From: Candidatus Limnocylindrales bacterium
GTDB lineage: Bacteria > Chloroflexota > Limnocylindria > Limnocylindrales > CSP1-4
NCBI GenBank assembly: GCA_035688805.1
Contig: DASSMQ010000047.1
Coordinates: 9,135 to 73,134, forward strand
DNA length: 64,000 nucleotides
Direction: 5' to 3'
The notes under the pieces are model-generated. The model ran no database searches and was not told the origin of the DNA. It saw only the letters and a list, made by a program, of their open reading frames with translations. This document shows, piece by piece, positions 17,877-26,574 of the stretch (position 1 is its first letter; each line of letters opens with the position of its first letter). The translations under genes and the position numbers were made by a program.

Positions 17877-17930
17877 GCCACCCCGCGTCGAGGCGACCGG
17901 CGCGACCGACTCGCAGGCCGAAATACCCTC

Positions 17931-17959
17931 TTGGCGGTGGGGGATCCGCTGCCTATACT
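17931..17959 (+). promoter_or_regulatory. Candidate sigma-70 type promoter upstream of the Cys-rich ORF and prfB
   Basis: TTGGCG (17931-17936), a 17-nt spacer, then TATACT (17954-17959). The track ORF 17931..18281 begins inside this -35 hexamer, so its 5' part is probably untranslated. Confidence 0.45.
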
Positions 17960-18056
17960 TGGCCGACCCGCCAACCCCGGACCGCCCGTGTCCCCCTGGC
18001 AGGTCGCTCCCAGCCCCAGCCGCTTGTGCCCAGCGTCGCCGAATGGAGGGAGTCCA

Positions 18057-18281
18057 TTGAAGCAGGCCGAGGAAGCCGCGTTCGTCGATCTGATCGCCTG
18101 CGAGCGTGACTGCCGGTCCTGCAGTTACGCGGCGGCCCTGGACTGTGACGGCAACTGCGGCGTCTGCCCGCACAATGGCTACTGCCCCTGCGTGAACCCC
18201 GTCGTCGCTCGGAGCAAGACCGCCCTTCGGCTCATCGAACTGCGGCCGATCCTGCTCCAGGATCTCCAGGCCCGGAACTAG
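18057..18281 (+). CDS. Small cysteine-rich protein (74 codons, two CX3CX2C motifs), function unknown
   Basis: TTG start at 18057 is preceded by GGAGGGAG (18045-18052). Third positions are overwhelmingly G/C in this frame. Sequence: LKQAEEAAFVDLIACERDCRSCSYAAALDCDGNCGVCPHNGYCPCVNPVV... The TAG stop at 18279-18281 directly abuts the prfB GTG. Confidence 0.5.
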   Translation: MKQAEEAAFVDLIACERDCRSCSYAAALDCDGNCGVCPHNGYCPCVNPVVARSKTALRLIELRPILLQDLQARN

Positions 18282-19413
18282 GTGGACGCGTCCGCCATCC
18301 GCGACCTGGCCGAACGGATCCGGTCGACCTCGGGGCGTCTTTGACCTCGAGGCCAAACGTGAGCGCGTCGCCGAGCTCGACGCCCTGACCCTGGCTCCAG
18401 GGTTCTGGGACGACCAGCGGACGGCCCAGAGGACCCTCCGCGAAGCTGACGGCCTGCGCTCCGAGATCGATCTCTGGGAGGGACTGCTGGCGCGCGCCGC
18501 GGATCTCGAGGCGGCCGTCGAGTTGCTCGCCGAGTCGCCCGACGAGGAGCTCGCCGCAGAGCTCGAGCGCGACGCCGCGGCCCTCGAGAGCGAGTTCGGG
18601 CGCGAGCGGACGACGCTGCTGTTCTCCGGCGAGCATGACGAGCGTTCGGCGATCCTCACCATCAGCGCCGGCGCCGGCGGCACCGAGGCAACGGACTGGG
18701 CCGAGATGCTGCTCCGGATGTACCTGCGCTGGGCCGAGCGCCACCGGTTCAGCACCGAGATCATCGACCAGCAGGAGGGCGAGCAGGCGGGCCTCAAGAG
18801 CGTCACGGTCGAAGTCGGTGGTCGGCGCGCCTACGGCTGGCTCCGCGCGGAGCGGGGAGTCCATCGGCTCGTTCGAATCAGCCCGTTCGACTCCCAGAAG
18901 CGTCGGCAGACCACGTTCGCGCTGGTGGAGGTCCTGCCGGAGGTCGACGACGACGTGGAGATCGAGCTCGACTGGGATGACATCCGTGTCGATACCTATC
19001 GATCGCAGGGCGCGGGCGGCCAGCACGTCAACAAGACCGATTCGGCCGTCCGGCTGACCCATCAGCCGACCGGCATCGTCGTCCAGAGCCAGAACGAACG
19101 GTCCCAGACGCAGAACAAGGAGAATGCGATCAAGGTCCTCAAGGCCCGCCTGCTGGAGCGAGCCCTCGAGGAGAAGGAGGCCGAGTTGCGCGCCCTCAAA
19201 GGTGAGCACGTCGAGGCTGGCTGGGGCAACCAGATCCGCAGCTACGTGCTGCACCCCTACCAGATGGTCAAGGACCTGCGCACGGCCCACGAGACCGGCA
19301 ACACCAGTGCGGTCCTCGACGGCGATCTCGATGCGTTCATGCAGGCGGAGCTCGAGCGCCTGGCGACGGGCGGCGACTGGCGTGGCGGCGATACCGAGGG
19401 CGACGCCGCGTGA
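18282..19413 (+). CDS. prfB: Peptide chain release factor 2, expressed through a programmed +1 frameshift
   Basis: Frame 0 runs from GTG 18282 as VDASAIRDLAERIRSTSGRL, then TGA at 18342. Frame +1 from 18343 continues DLEAKRERVAELD...SGAGGQHVNKTDSAVRLTH...GWGNQIRSYV to the stop at 19413. Contains the GGQ motif and the RF2-type SPF tripeptide (RISPFDS). Confidence 0.93.
18331..18345 (+). promoter_or_regulatory. RF2 autoregulatory +1 frameshift site
   Basis: CGGGGCGT CTT TGA C, an internal SD-like GGGG three nt upstream of the slippery CTT followed by in-frame TGA and C. Compare E. coli AGGGGGTATCTTTGAC. Confidence 0.88.
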
Positions 19414-20351
19414 CCGCGGATCCCGGCCTCGCGGTCCGGGACGCGCTCGCCTATCGGCCCGTCCGGCCCGACGAGCTGCCGGTCTGTGCCGACATCTGGC
19501 GGGTGGCCATCAACCACTACATCCGGCCGCTCGGCCAGCCCGACCTGCAGTCCGACAGCGGGTCGCTTCTGCGCTTGTACGCGCACCTCCAGGCCTCGGA
19601 CCCGGAGCGGTTCGTCGTCGCGAGCCGGCCCGATCACACGATCGTCGGATTCGCCGCCGCGATCGAGCGCGAGCACCTCCGGTACCTGTCGATGTGCTTC
19701 GTGCTGCCTGAGGCACAAGGGGCCGGGATCGGCCGCGAGCTGATGCAGCGCGTCGGCCTGGCGCAGGACCCGGACACGATCCGCGCCACGGCGACCGACA
19801 CCGCCCAGCCGATCAGCAACGCCCTCTACGCGTCGGCCGGCCTGGTGCCGCGGGTCCCGCTGCTCGACCTGATCGGGACCGTGCGCGATCCCGCCCCGTT
19901 CGGGTCGCTGCCGTCCGGCGTCCGGCCCGTCCCGTTCGAGCGCGTGGACCGCGACACACTTGGCCCGAGCCTCGATCGCCTCGACCGCGCGACGTTGGGG
20001 GTCGCCCATCCGGTCGATCACGCCTACCTCCAGCGCGAAGGACGGTCCGGTTGGCTCTATCACGCTCCCGATGGCGCGCCAGTGGCCTACGGCTACGCGA
20101 CGGCCGCCGGTCGCATCGGTCCGGTGGCCGCCCTCGACGAGGTGCTGGTGACCCCGATCGTCGGCCACCTCGCAGGAGCCGTCGTCCCACGCGGAGCGTC
20201 GGCGCTGTGGCTACCTGGCGCGGCCGGCCCGACGGTCGTCGCCGCGCTGCACGCCGGGTTCCGGCTCGACGCATTCCCGTTGCTCCTGTGCTGGGACCGC
20301 CCGTTCGCCGACCTGTCTCGCTACCTGCCCATCTCCCCCGGACTGCTCTAG
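19410..20351 (+). CDS. GNAT-family N-acetyltransferase with a C-terminal extension
   Basis: Acetyl-CoA binding motif region FVLPEAQGAGIGRELMQRV. Overlaps the prfB stop by 4 nt. Confidence 0.65.
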   Translation: MTADPGLAVRDALAYRPVRPDELPVCADIWRVAINHYIRPLGQPDLQSDSGSLLRLYAHLQASDPERFVVASRPDHTIVGFAAAIEREHLRYLSMCFVLPEAQGAGIGRELMQRVGLAQDPDTIRATATDTAQPISNALYASAGLVPRVPLLDLIGTVRDPAPFGSLPSGVRPVPFERVDRDTLGPSLDRLDRATLGVAHPVDHAYLQREGRSGWLYHAPDGAPVAYGYATAAGRIGPVAALDEVLVTPIVGHLAGAVVPRGASALWLPGAAGPTVVAALHAGFRLDAFPLLLCWDRPFADLSRYLPISPGLL

Positions 20352-20401
20352 AACCGACCGGACCGGACCATCGTCCAGGGCCGATGGCCCTGCGGTCACG
20401 T

Positions 20402-20430
20402 TTGCCGCACCCGGGGGGCGATGGTAGCCT
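20402..20430 (+). promoter_or_regulatory. Candidate promoter for ftsEX
   Basis: TTGCCG, a 17-nt spacer, then TAGCCT, with TG two nt upstream of the -10 element. About 75 nt upstream of the ftsE GTG, which has GGAG 6 nt upstream. Confidence 0.35.
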
Positions 20431-20505
20431 CGGGTCCGACGTGGCTCCCTATGCCGTGCCCGCGGACGGAGTCGACTCGACCATCTCGCGCCCGCGGAGT
20501 CCACT

Positions 20506-21282
20506 GTGACCATCGCCCCCGCGCCGTCGTCGGCGCGCTCACTTCGACGCCGGATCCTGGAGCGCGGCCGCGACCAGGCCGTCCCCGACCGGGCCGTCCT
20601 TGTGCTGCATGACGTGACGAAGCAGTATCCGAACGGGAAGATCGCCCTGCGCGACGTGGACCTGGTCATCCCGGAAGGCGACTTCGTGTTCCTCGTCGGC
20701 CCATCCGGTGCCGGCAAGTCGACCCTGATCAAGCTGCTGATCCGCGACGAAGTCGCGAGCCGGGGCGAGGTCGTGCTCGATGGCCAGGACCTCGCCCGTC
20801 TCAGCCGTCGGCACGTGCCGCGCATGCGCCGCAAGATCGGCATCATCTTCCAGGACTTCAAGCTGCTTCCGACCAAGACGGTCTGGGAGAACGTCGCCTT
20901 CGCCCTGGAGGTCACGGGCCATCCTCGGCGGCTGATCCGCCCCGCGGTCGACCGGGTGCTGGCGATCGTCGGACTGACCGCCCAGTCGAAGCAGATCCCG
21001 GCCCAGTTGTCAGGCGGTGAACAGCAGCGAACGGCCATCGCCCGGGCCCTCGTCCACGACCCGCGGCTGATCATCGCCGATGAGCCGACCGGCAACCTCG
21101 ACCCCCTGATCAGCTGGGAGATCCTGCAACTCCTCCTCCGGATCAACGAACTCGGGGTCACGGTGCTGATGGCGACCCACAACGCGGACGTGGTGACCGC
21201 CCTCCGGAAGCGCGTCGTGGCCCTCGAGGAGGGTCGGGTCATCCGCGATGAGGTCGGCGGTGCGTATCACCGGGAAGACTGA
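20506..21282 (+). CDS. ftsE: Cell division ATP-binding protein FtsE
   Basis: ABC ATPase with Walker A GPSGAGKST, signature LSGGEQQR and Walker B LIIADEP. Immediately followed by ftsX. About 30 aa of N-terminal extension compared with typical FtsE. Confidence 0.9.
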   Translation: MTIAPAPSSARSLRRRILERGRDQAVPDRAVLVLHDVTKQYPNGKIALRDVDLVIPEGDFVFLVGPSGAGKSTLIKLLIRDEVASRGEVVLDGQDLARLSRRHVPRMRRKIGIIFQDFKLLPTKTVWENVAFALEVTGHPRRLIRPAVDRVLAIVGLTAQSKQIPAQLSGGEQQRTAIARALVHDPRLIIADEPTGNLDPLISWEILQLLLRINELGVTVLMATHNADVVTALRKRVVALEEGRVIRDEVGGAYHRED

Positions 21283-21288
21283 CCGGCG

Positions 21289-22173
21289 ATGATCTCGTTC
21301 CTGTTCTTCAGCGTCCGGCGCGCTTGGCAGGGCTTCTGGCGCAACGCGGTCATGAGCCTGGCCGCGACGGCCACCATGGTGCTGATGCTGCTCCTGCTGG
21401 CCGGATTCTGGATCATCCAGACGGGCCTCCTGGCCGGCCTCCAATTCACCGAGCAGAAGGTCGAGGTCGTCGCCTACCTGCAGCCGAACGTGACCGATTC
21501 GCAGGTCACCGGGCTCCAGTCGGAGCTGGCCGCGATGCCCATCGTCAGCTCGATCGACTACGTCAGCCGCGACGAGGCCCTGGTCCGGTTCCGTGCCTCG
21601 ATGGAGGCGCAGGGCCGAAGCGACCTGACCCAGTACCTCGACAGCAACCCCCTGTATGCCAGCCTCGAGGTCAAGCTCAAGGACCCATCCAAGGTCCGCG
21701 ACATCGGCGAGGCGCTGCGCGGCTCCCCGCTGGTCCGCAACGTGATCAACATCGAGGACCTGGTCGACCGAGTCCTGACCGTCACCAACATCCTCCGGAC
21801 GGCGGGCACGGTGCTGCTGGTCGTGGTCGGGATCATCGTCCTGTTCATCATCGTCAACGCGATCCGCCTCGCGGTCGTCGCGCGGGCTGAGGAGATCGAA
21901 ATCATGCGGCTCGTCGGCGCCTCTGACGCGTTCATCCGCTGGCCGTTCGTGTTCGAGGGAGCCTTCGTCGGGTTCCTCGGTGCGGCGTTGACGCTCGCGA
22001 TCCTGGCCGGCATCGCCGAGCCGCTCAACGGATTCATGGTCGAGTTCTTCCGGGTCCTGCCCATCCAGATCGGCTCGATGAGCCGCGACCTGATCACGCT
22101 GGTCATGGGCGCGGGCGTCGGCCTCGGCATCCTCGGCTCCTGGGTGTCCGTCCGGACCTACCTCATCCGGTAA
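21289..22173 (+). CDS. ftsX: Cell division permease-like protein FtsX
   Basis: 294 aa with a TM segment, a periplasmic domain and three C-terminal TM segments. Sits directly after ftsE. Confidence 0.88.
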   Translation: MISFLFFSVRRAWQGFWRNAVMSLAATATMVLMLLLLAGFWIIQTGLLAGLQFTEQKVEVVAYLQPNVTDSQVTGLQSELAAMPIVSSIDYVSRDEALVRFRASMEAQGRSDLTQYLDSNPLYASLEVKLKDPSKVRDIGEALRGSPLVRNVINIEDLVDRVLTVTNILRTAGTVLLVVVGIIVLFIIVNAIRLAVVARAEEIEIMRLVGASDAFIRWPFVFEGAFVGFLGAALTLAILAGIAEPLNGFMVEFFRVLPIQIGSMSRDLITLVMGAGVGLGILGSWVSVRTYLIR

Positions 22174-22286
22174 CCCCCACCGGGCGTACCTTCGGGCAGG
22201 AGCCGCGTCCGACCCTCGGTGTAGGCTGTGGGTCCCAGTCGCGCCCCGTTTCCGTCACCTTGTTTCGAGGCACCCGACGAACCGCC

Positions 22287-23636
22287 ATGGAATCCCCCCT
22301 GATCGATCATCCGGATCGGCTGGCGGTGTCCGCTGCGGTCGGACCGATCGCGCCCGTCCCTGATCAGATCGGCGTCGCCGGCATCGCCACGAGACGACGC
22401 GTCCCATTGCTCCGTGTCGCCCTCGCCGGGGTGGCGGTGCTGGCCGGGAGCGCCTTGTTCCTGAGCGGGTACTCACTCGGACGTCAGGCCGCGGCCGAGC
22501 CTGGCACCCCAGCCGACGACCCGGCGGCGTTCCGGCCATTCTGGGACACCTATCACACCATCAACGACCGCTACGCGGGAGGGACGGTCGATCGCGAGCG
22601 GATGGTCCAGGGCGCCATCCGCGGCATGATCGACTCCCTGGCGGATCCGTATTCGGCCTATCTCACATCGGACGAGTACCGGGCCAGCCTGCAAGGCATC
22701 AGCGGCGAGTTCGAGGGCATCGGCGCCGATCTCGCCTCGCAAGCTACCGATGGCAGTAGCAGCTGCACGACCATCGGGCCAACCTGCCGACTCGTGATCG
22801 TCAAACCGATCGGCGGGTCACCCGCAGAGCGGGCGGGGTTGCTTCCCGGCGATCGGGTGCTGGCCGCCGATGGCGTGCCGTTCGATGGCCTGTCCGTCGA
22901 CGCCGCGAGGGCCAGGATCCGCGGCCCGAAGGGCACCATCCTGGAGCTCTCGATCGCCCGTGATGGCGCGTCCCCCTTCGAGCTCAGCATCACCCGCGAC
23001 ATCATCCAGGAGCCCGAGGTCGAGACACGCGTCCTGGCCGGCGGGACCGTCGGGTACGTCCAGCTCAAGGGATTCTCCGATCGCTCCGCCTCCGACTTCG
23101 CGACCGCGGTCCGAGACCAGGTCGCCGCCGGACGACAGCGTCTGGTCATCGACCTGCGCGGCGATCCGGGCGGCTATGTGACCGCGGCTCGACAGGTCGC
23201 CAGCCAGTTCATCGGCTCGGGCGCCATCTTCTGGGAGCAGGATGCGCGGGGCAGCCAGACCGCCACGTTGGCGATCCCCGGCGGCGTGGCCACCGACGGC
23301 TCGATCCGGGTCGTCTGCCTGATCGACCACGGCAGCGCGTCGGCCAGCGAGATCGTCGCGGCGGCGCTCCAGGACACCGGTCGAGCGACGCTGGTCGGCC
23401 AGCGCTCGTTCGGCAAGGGCACGGTCCAGCAGTGGCAGGAGCTCGCCGGCGAAGGCGGCGCCTTCCGACTGACCATCGCCCGCTGGCTCAGCCCGGCCAA
23501 ACGCTGGATCCACGGAGTGGGCCTCGAGCCCGACATCACGGTCGCGCTGCCGGCTGGCGTCCCGCCCGGCGCAGACCCCACCCTCGACCGGGCCCTCGAG
23601 CTCCTGGCGCCGACGACGGCGCCAGTCATCCCCTGA
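22287..23636 (+). CDS. S41 carboxyl-terminal processing protease (PDZ-containing), membrane anchored
   Basis: PDZ segment (GSPAERAGLLPGDRVLAADG), DLRGDPGGY, GSASASEIVAAALQD and GQRSFGKGTVQ. The ATG at 22287 is preferred over TTG 22260, but the start is uncertain. Confidence 0.85.
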   Translation: MESPLIDHPDRLAVSAAVGPIAPVPDQIGVAGIATRRRVPLLRVALAGVAVLAGSALFLSGYSLGRQAAAEPGTPADDPAAFRPFWDTYHTINDRYAGGTVDRERMVQGAIRGMIDSLADPYSAYLTSDEYRASLQGISGEFEGIGADLASQATDGSSSCTTIGPTCRLVIVKPIGGSPAERAGLLPGDRVLAADGVPFDGLSVDAARARIRGPKGTILELSIARDGASPFELSITRDIIQEPEVETRVLAGGTVGYVQLKGFSDRSASDFATAVRDQVAAGRQRLVIDLRGDPGGYVTAARQVASQFIGSGAIFWEQDARGSQTATLAIPGGVATDGSIRVVCLIDHGSASASEIVAAALQDTGRATLVGQRSFGKGTVQQWQELAGEGGAFRLTIARWLSPAKRWIHGVGLEPDITVALPAGVPPGADPTLDRALELLAPTTAPVIP

Positions 23637-23789
23637 ACGCCTCCGGCACGCCTTGCGCACCGCGCAGGCTTCGGGTACGGTTCGCGGGAACGAAAGGAGG
23701 TGATGTGCAGTGATCGACAGTACGCGTAGCTGCACCACCTCGCAGGAGATGGCCGTCTAGTCGGACACCCTGTGGGTGGGTAAGCACTC

Positions 23790-23818
23790 GAACGCCGGTC
23801 CGCATAGGACCGGCGTTC
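23790..23818 (+). terminator. Strong hairpin (12-bp perfect stem) between the protease gene and smpB
   Basis: GAACGCCGGTCC, loop gcata, GGACCGGCGTTC. There is no U-tract downstream, so it is not a classical intrinsic terminator. Confidence 0.3.
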
Positions 23819-23867
23819 GTGCGCTCGGACCGTATCCTGTTCGCCACCCACCACCAGGGAGCCATCC

Positions 23868-24332
23868 ATGCGCGACGACGCGACCGTCGCCCTCAACCGA
23901 AGAGCCCGCCACGAGTTCACGATCGACGAGACGTTCGAGGCCGGCATCGTGCTGACCGGCACCGAGATCAAGTCGATCCGCGCCGGCAAGGCCAACATCT
24001 CGAACGCCTATGCCCGGATCGAGAAGGGCGAGGCCTGGCTCATCGGCGCCGACATCGCGCCATTCGAACAGGGCAATCGCTACAACCACGAGCCGAAGCG
24101 CACGCGGAAGCTGCTGCTGCATCGGAGCGAGATCGACGAGCTACTCGGGCGAGCCCGCCAGAAGGGCCAGACGATCGTCCCGCTGCGCCTGTACCTCAGT
24201 CGGGGCAAGGCCAAGCTCGAGCTCGGCCTGGCCCGCGGCAAACAACTCCATGACCGGCGACGCGATATCGCCGAGCGCGATTCGCGCCGTGATGTCCAAC
24301 GCGAGCTCGCGGACGTGCAGCGGGGTCGCTAG
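23868..24332 (+). CDS. smpB: SsrA-binding protein SmpB
   Basis: NRRARHEFTIDETFEAGIVLTGTEIKSIRAGKANI...KRTRKLLLHRSEI...PLRLYL..GKAKLELGLARGK, a typical SmpB sequence. Confidence 0.95.
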   Translation: MRDDATVALNRRARHEFTIDETFEAGIVLTGTEIKSIRAGKANISNAYARIEKGEAWLIGADIAPFEQGNRYNHEPKRTRKLLLHRSEIDELLGRARQKGQTIVPLRLYLSRGKAKLELGLARGKQLHDRRRDIAERDSRRDVQRELADVQRGR

Positions 24333-25558
24333 GCCGCCGAGCGGGCCGGCACGATCTCCCAGGCCCGGGAGTCGACGGGGACACCCGGGCGAGTCCGGAA
24401 GAAGAGCACCACCCCGAGCGCCGATGTCGCCGCGCACAGCAGCAGTCCACTGGTGACATCGACCAGACCGAGCTGGAGCAGCGCGCTCATCAGGAACGCG
24501 GCGACGATCCCACGGGCGCCGGTCAGCGCATTCCAGCCGGCCATCGCCGCGGCGCGCGTGGCGAGGGGCGTCTGATCGCTGATGACCGCCGCGATGCCGA
24601 CGTCGATGGCTGCGCTGGTCGTGCCCGCGCCGACAGCCGCGAACCAGAGCAGCACGACGTTGGGTGCGAGCGCGTAGGTGACCAGTGAGGTCAGCCCGAT
24701 CGCGCCACCGACGCGGAGGACCGTCGAGGGCCCATGTCGGTCGGCGACGGCGCCCCAGACCAGGAAGGCGATCGTCGTCGAGAGCGCCCCGAGGATCCCG
24801 ATCACCCCGACATCGGCGAGCGACAGGTCGAGCCGGTCGACGTAGACCAGCGCGTACAGCGGCGCCGCCGCGATGAACCCACCCCCGTAGAAGCCCTGGG
24901 CGAGGGCCATCCGCGTCAGCGTCGGTCGTTCTCGCAGGGCCCGGATCGAGCCGCGCGCCGAGAATCTCGGAGCGCCGTCGCCGGCCGGCGCCCGGAGGCC
25001 GGCATAGGCCAGGGCACACGCCAGGCCGACCACACCCGCGACGGCGACCGCCGTCGGTCCTCCGAGTCGATCGGCGAGCAAGCCGCCTCCGAACGCCGCG
25101 AGCGCACCCGCCGCGGCCCGGCCCATGCCGATCACCCCGACGATCCGGCCACGGATCCGCGAGGGATACATCGAGCCCCACAGCCGCAGGTGGAACGGAC
25201 CACCGAACGAGATGCTCGTCCAGAACAGGATGGCGGCGACGACCATCGCGGCCGGCACCGGCGCCACGAACAGGAGCAGGAGCGCCGCGGCGCCGGCGCC
25301 CCTGGTGAGGGCGAGCTGCGCGGTCGATCGCGGTCCGAGCCGTCCGGCGAATGCCCCGAGGAGGTTCGCGACGAATGGTGCGGCGGCCAGGGCGGATAGG
25401 CCGAGTGGCTCGAGTCCGCCGCGTCGGGCGATCGTCGGCAGCAGGGCATTGATCAGGGCCATCGTCACCCCGACGCCGACCGCCGCGAGGAGGTCGAGCG
25501 CCAGGTTGCGGCCGACCGATCGCTCGATCGACAACGCGGACAGTGATGGCCGGATCAC
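24329..25558 (-). CDS. MFS transporter
   Basis: 409 aa with about 12 hydrophobic segments and MFS motif-A-like loops ([19 protein letters not shown]). Confidence 0.75.
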   Translation of the reverse strand: MIRPSLSALSIERSVGRNLALDLLAAVGVGVTMALINALLPTIARRGGLEPLGLSALAAAPFVANLLGAFAGRLGPRSTAQLALTRGAGAAALLLLFVAPVPAAMVVAAILFWTSISFGGPFHLRLWGSMYPSRIRGRIVGVIGMGRAAAGALAAFGGGLLADRLGGPTAVAVAGVVGLACALAYAGLRAPAGDGAPRFSARGSIRALRERPTLTRMALAQGFYGGGFIAAAPLYALVYVDRLDLSLADVGVIGILGALSTTIAFLVWGAVADRHGPSTVLRVGGAIGLTSLVTYALAPNVVLLWFAAVGAGTTSAAIDVGIAAVISDQTPLATRAAAMAGWNALTGARGIVAAFLMSALLQLGLVDVTSGLLLCAATSALGVVLFFRTRPGVPVDSRAWEIVPARSAA

Positions 25559-25758
25559 CTGGCACCTCGTAGCAGCCCTCTGGCCTGCGAGGTGAGCTGT
25601 CGGGCTCGGCGTGGGTCCGCCGTCGCGACGATCGCGATTCGCCCCAGGTGGGTGGTTCCCCCGTCCTCGGTCGAGGAGGTTCGGCCTGAACGCAACGATA
25701 GCAGCCCCGGACCGAACGGGCGCCGCCCGATGGTCCGGGGCCGTGGGAGACGCTGGGA

Positions 25759-26334
25759 CTAGGAGGCGGTGTCCAGGCCCGCCTGCACGAACGATTCGAC
25801 CTTCGCGGACGAGATGTCATGGTCGAAGGTCAGCTCGAGGATCCGGTCGACCGCGATCGAATCACTCGGGCCGGTCGGTTCCGGCCGGATCAGCAGGAGC
25901 CGGAGCCCGACGCCTTGCGGATCGATATACAGGGCGAGCCGATTGTCGATCGGATAGTCGGTCCAGGTCAGGCGGAGGGTCCGAGCATCAACGTTCTCGA
26001 CATTGACGCGATCGAAATCGACCGAGGCGCCCTCGGCCGGTCGGCCGGTCGCCGCTTTGACCAGGGTGCGCGTTCGATCGACGACGTCGACCGACACCTT
26101 GGCTCCGGTGACGTTCTCGAGCTCGACCGTGATCGGGATCGCATCCGTTCCGCCATCCGACGGTGCGGGGCTCTGGGGGCCGCTGGTCGGGATCGGGCTG
26201 GGCGCCAAGGTCGGGCTGGCGGACGGCCCGGCCGTCGGTGACGGCGCGCTCGAGGCGCCGGAGCACCCGGCGAGGACGATCGCGATGAGGCCGGTCGTGA
26301 GCAGCGTCGCAAACCGGTTCGTGGCTGGGCTCAT
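25759..26334 (-). CDS. Secreted lipoprotein, function unknown
   Basis: Internal ATG (codon 55 of the track ORF) gives MSPATNRFATLLTTGLIAIVLAGCSG, a signal peptide with lipobox LAGC, followed by a Pro/Ser-rich linker. The upstream part of the track ORF is Arg-rich and implausible as coding. Confidence 0.55.
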   Translation of the reverse strand: MSPATNRFATLLTTGLIAIVLAGCSGASSAPSPTAGPSASPTLAPSPIPTSGPQSPAPSDGGTDAIPITVELENVTGAKVSVDVVDRTRTLVKAATGRPAEGASVDFDRVNVENVDARTLRLTWTDYPIDNRLALYIDPQGVGLRLLLIRPEPTGPSDSIAVDRILELTFDHDISSAKVESFVQAGLDTAS

Positions 26335-26516
26335 GGGTGGGGTTCCTTTCGAGGCTCGAGGGTCGCTTTGCGTGCGTTCAGCACAGGAGGTAGACGCCAG
26401 ATCCGCCCTTCTGGTGCACCTACGATCACGATTCGCGACCGACGTCGATGCGACCACCGTCGGATGTCGGGGGTCCGGACGCGTCATCCGTCGCACCGAC
26501 GCTACCCGGCGGCATC

Positions 26517-26545
26517 TTGGCCCGGGGACCGTCTCGTGATACGAT
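26517..26545 (+). promoter_or_regulatory. Candidate promoter for ssrA
   Basis: TTGGCC, a 17-nt spacer, then TACGAT, about 30 nt upstream of the mature tmRNA 5' end. Confidence 0.4.
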
Positions 26546-26574
26546 GACGAAACCGAACCGACGTTCGGTCCTGT

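Noticed and set aside
18282-18344. prfB as a frameshifted pseudogene
   Set aside because: The interruption is exactly the conserved autoregulatory CTT TGA C site with an upstream SD-like GGGG, and the +1 frame is intact to a normal C-terminus.
24141-25820. 559-aa minus-strand ORF, and similar long alternative-frame or antisense ORFs (27131..28921, 45879..48047, 58789..59814, 60689..62050, 8252..9487, 17265..18806)
   Set aside because: All are Arg/Pro/Gly-rich, overlap well-supported genes in another frame or on the other strand, and lack motifs. I treat them as GC-driven artefacts.
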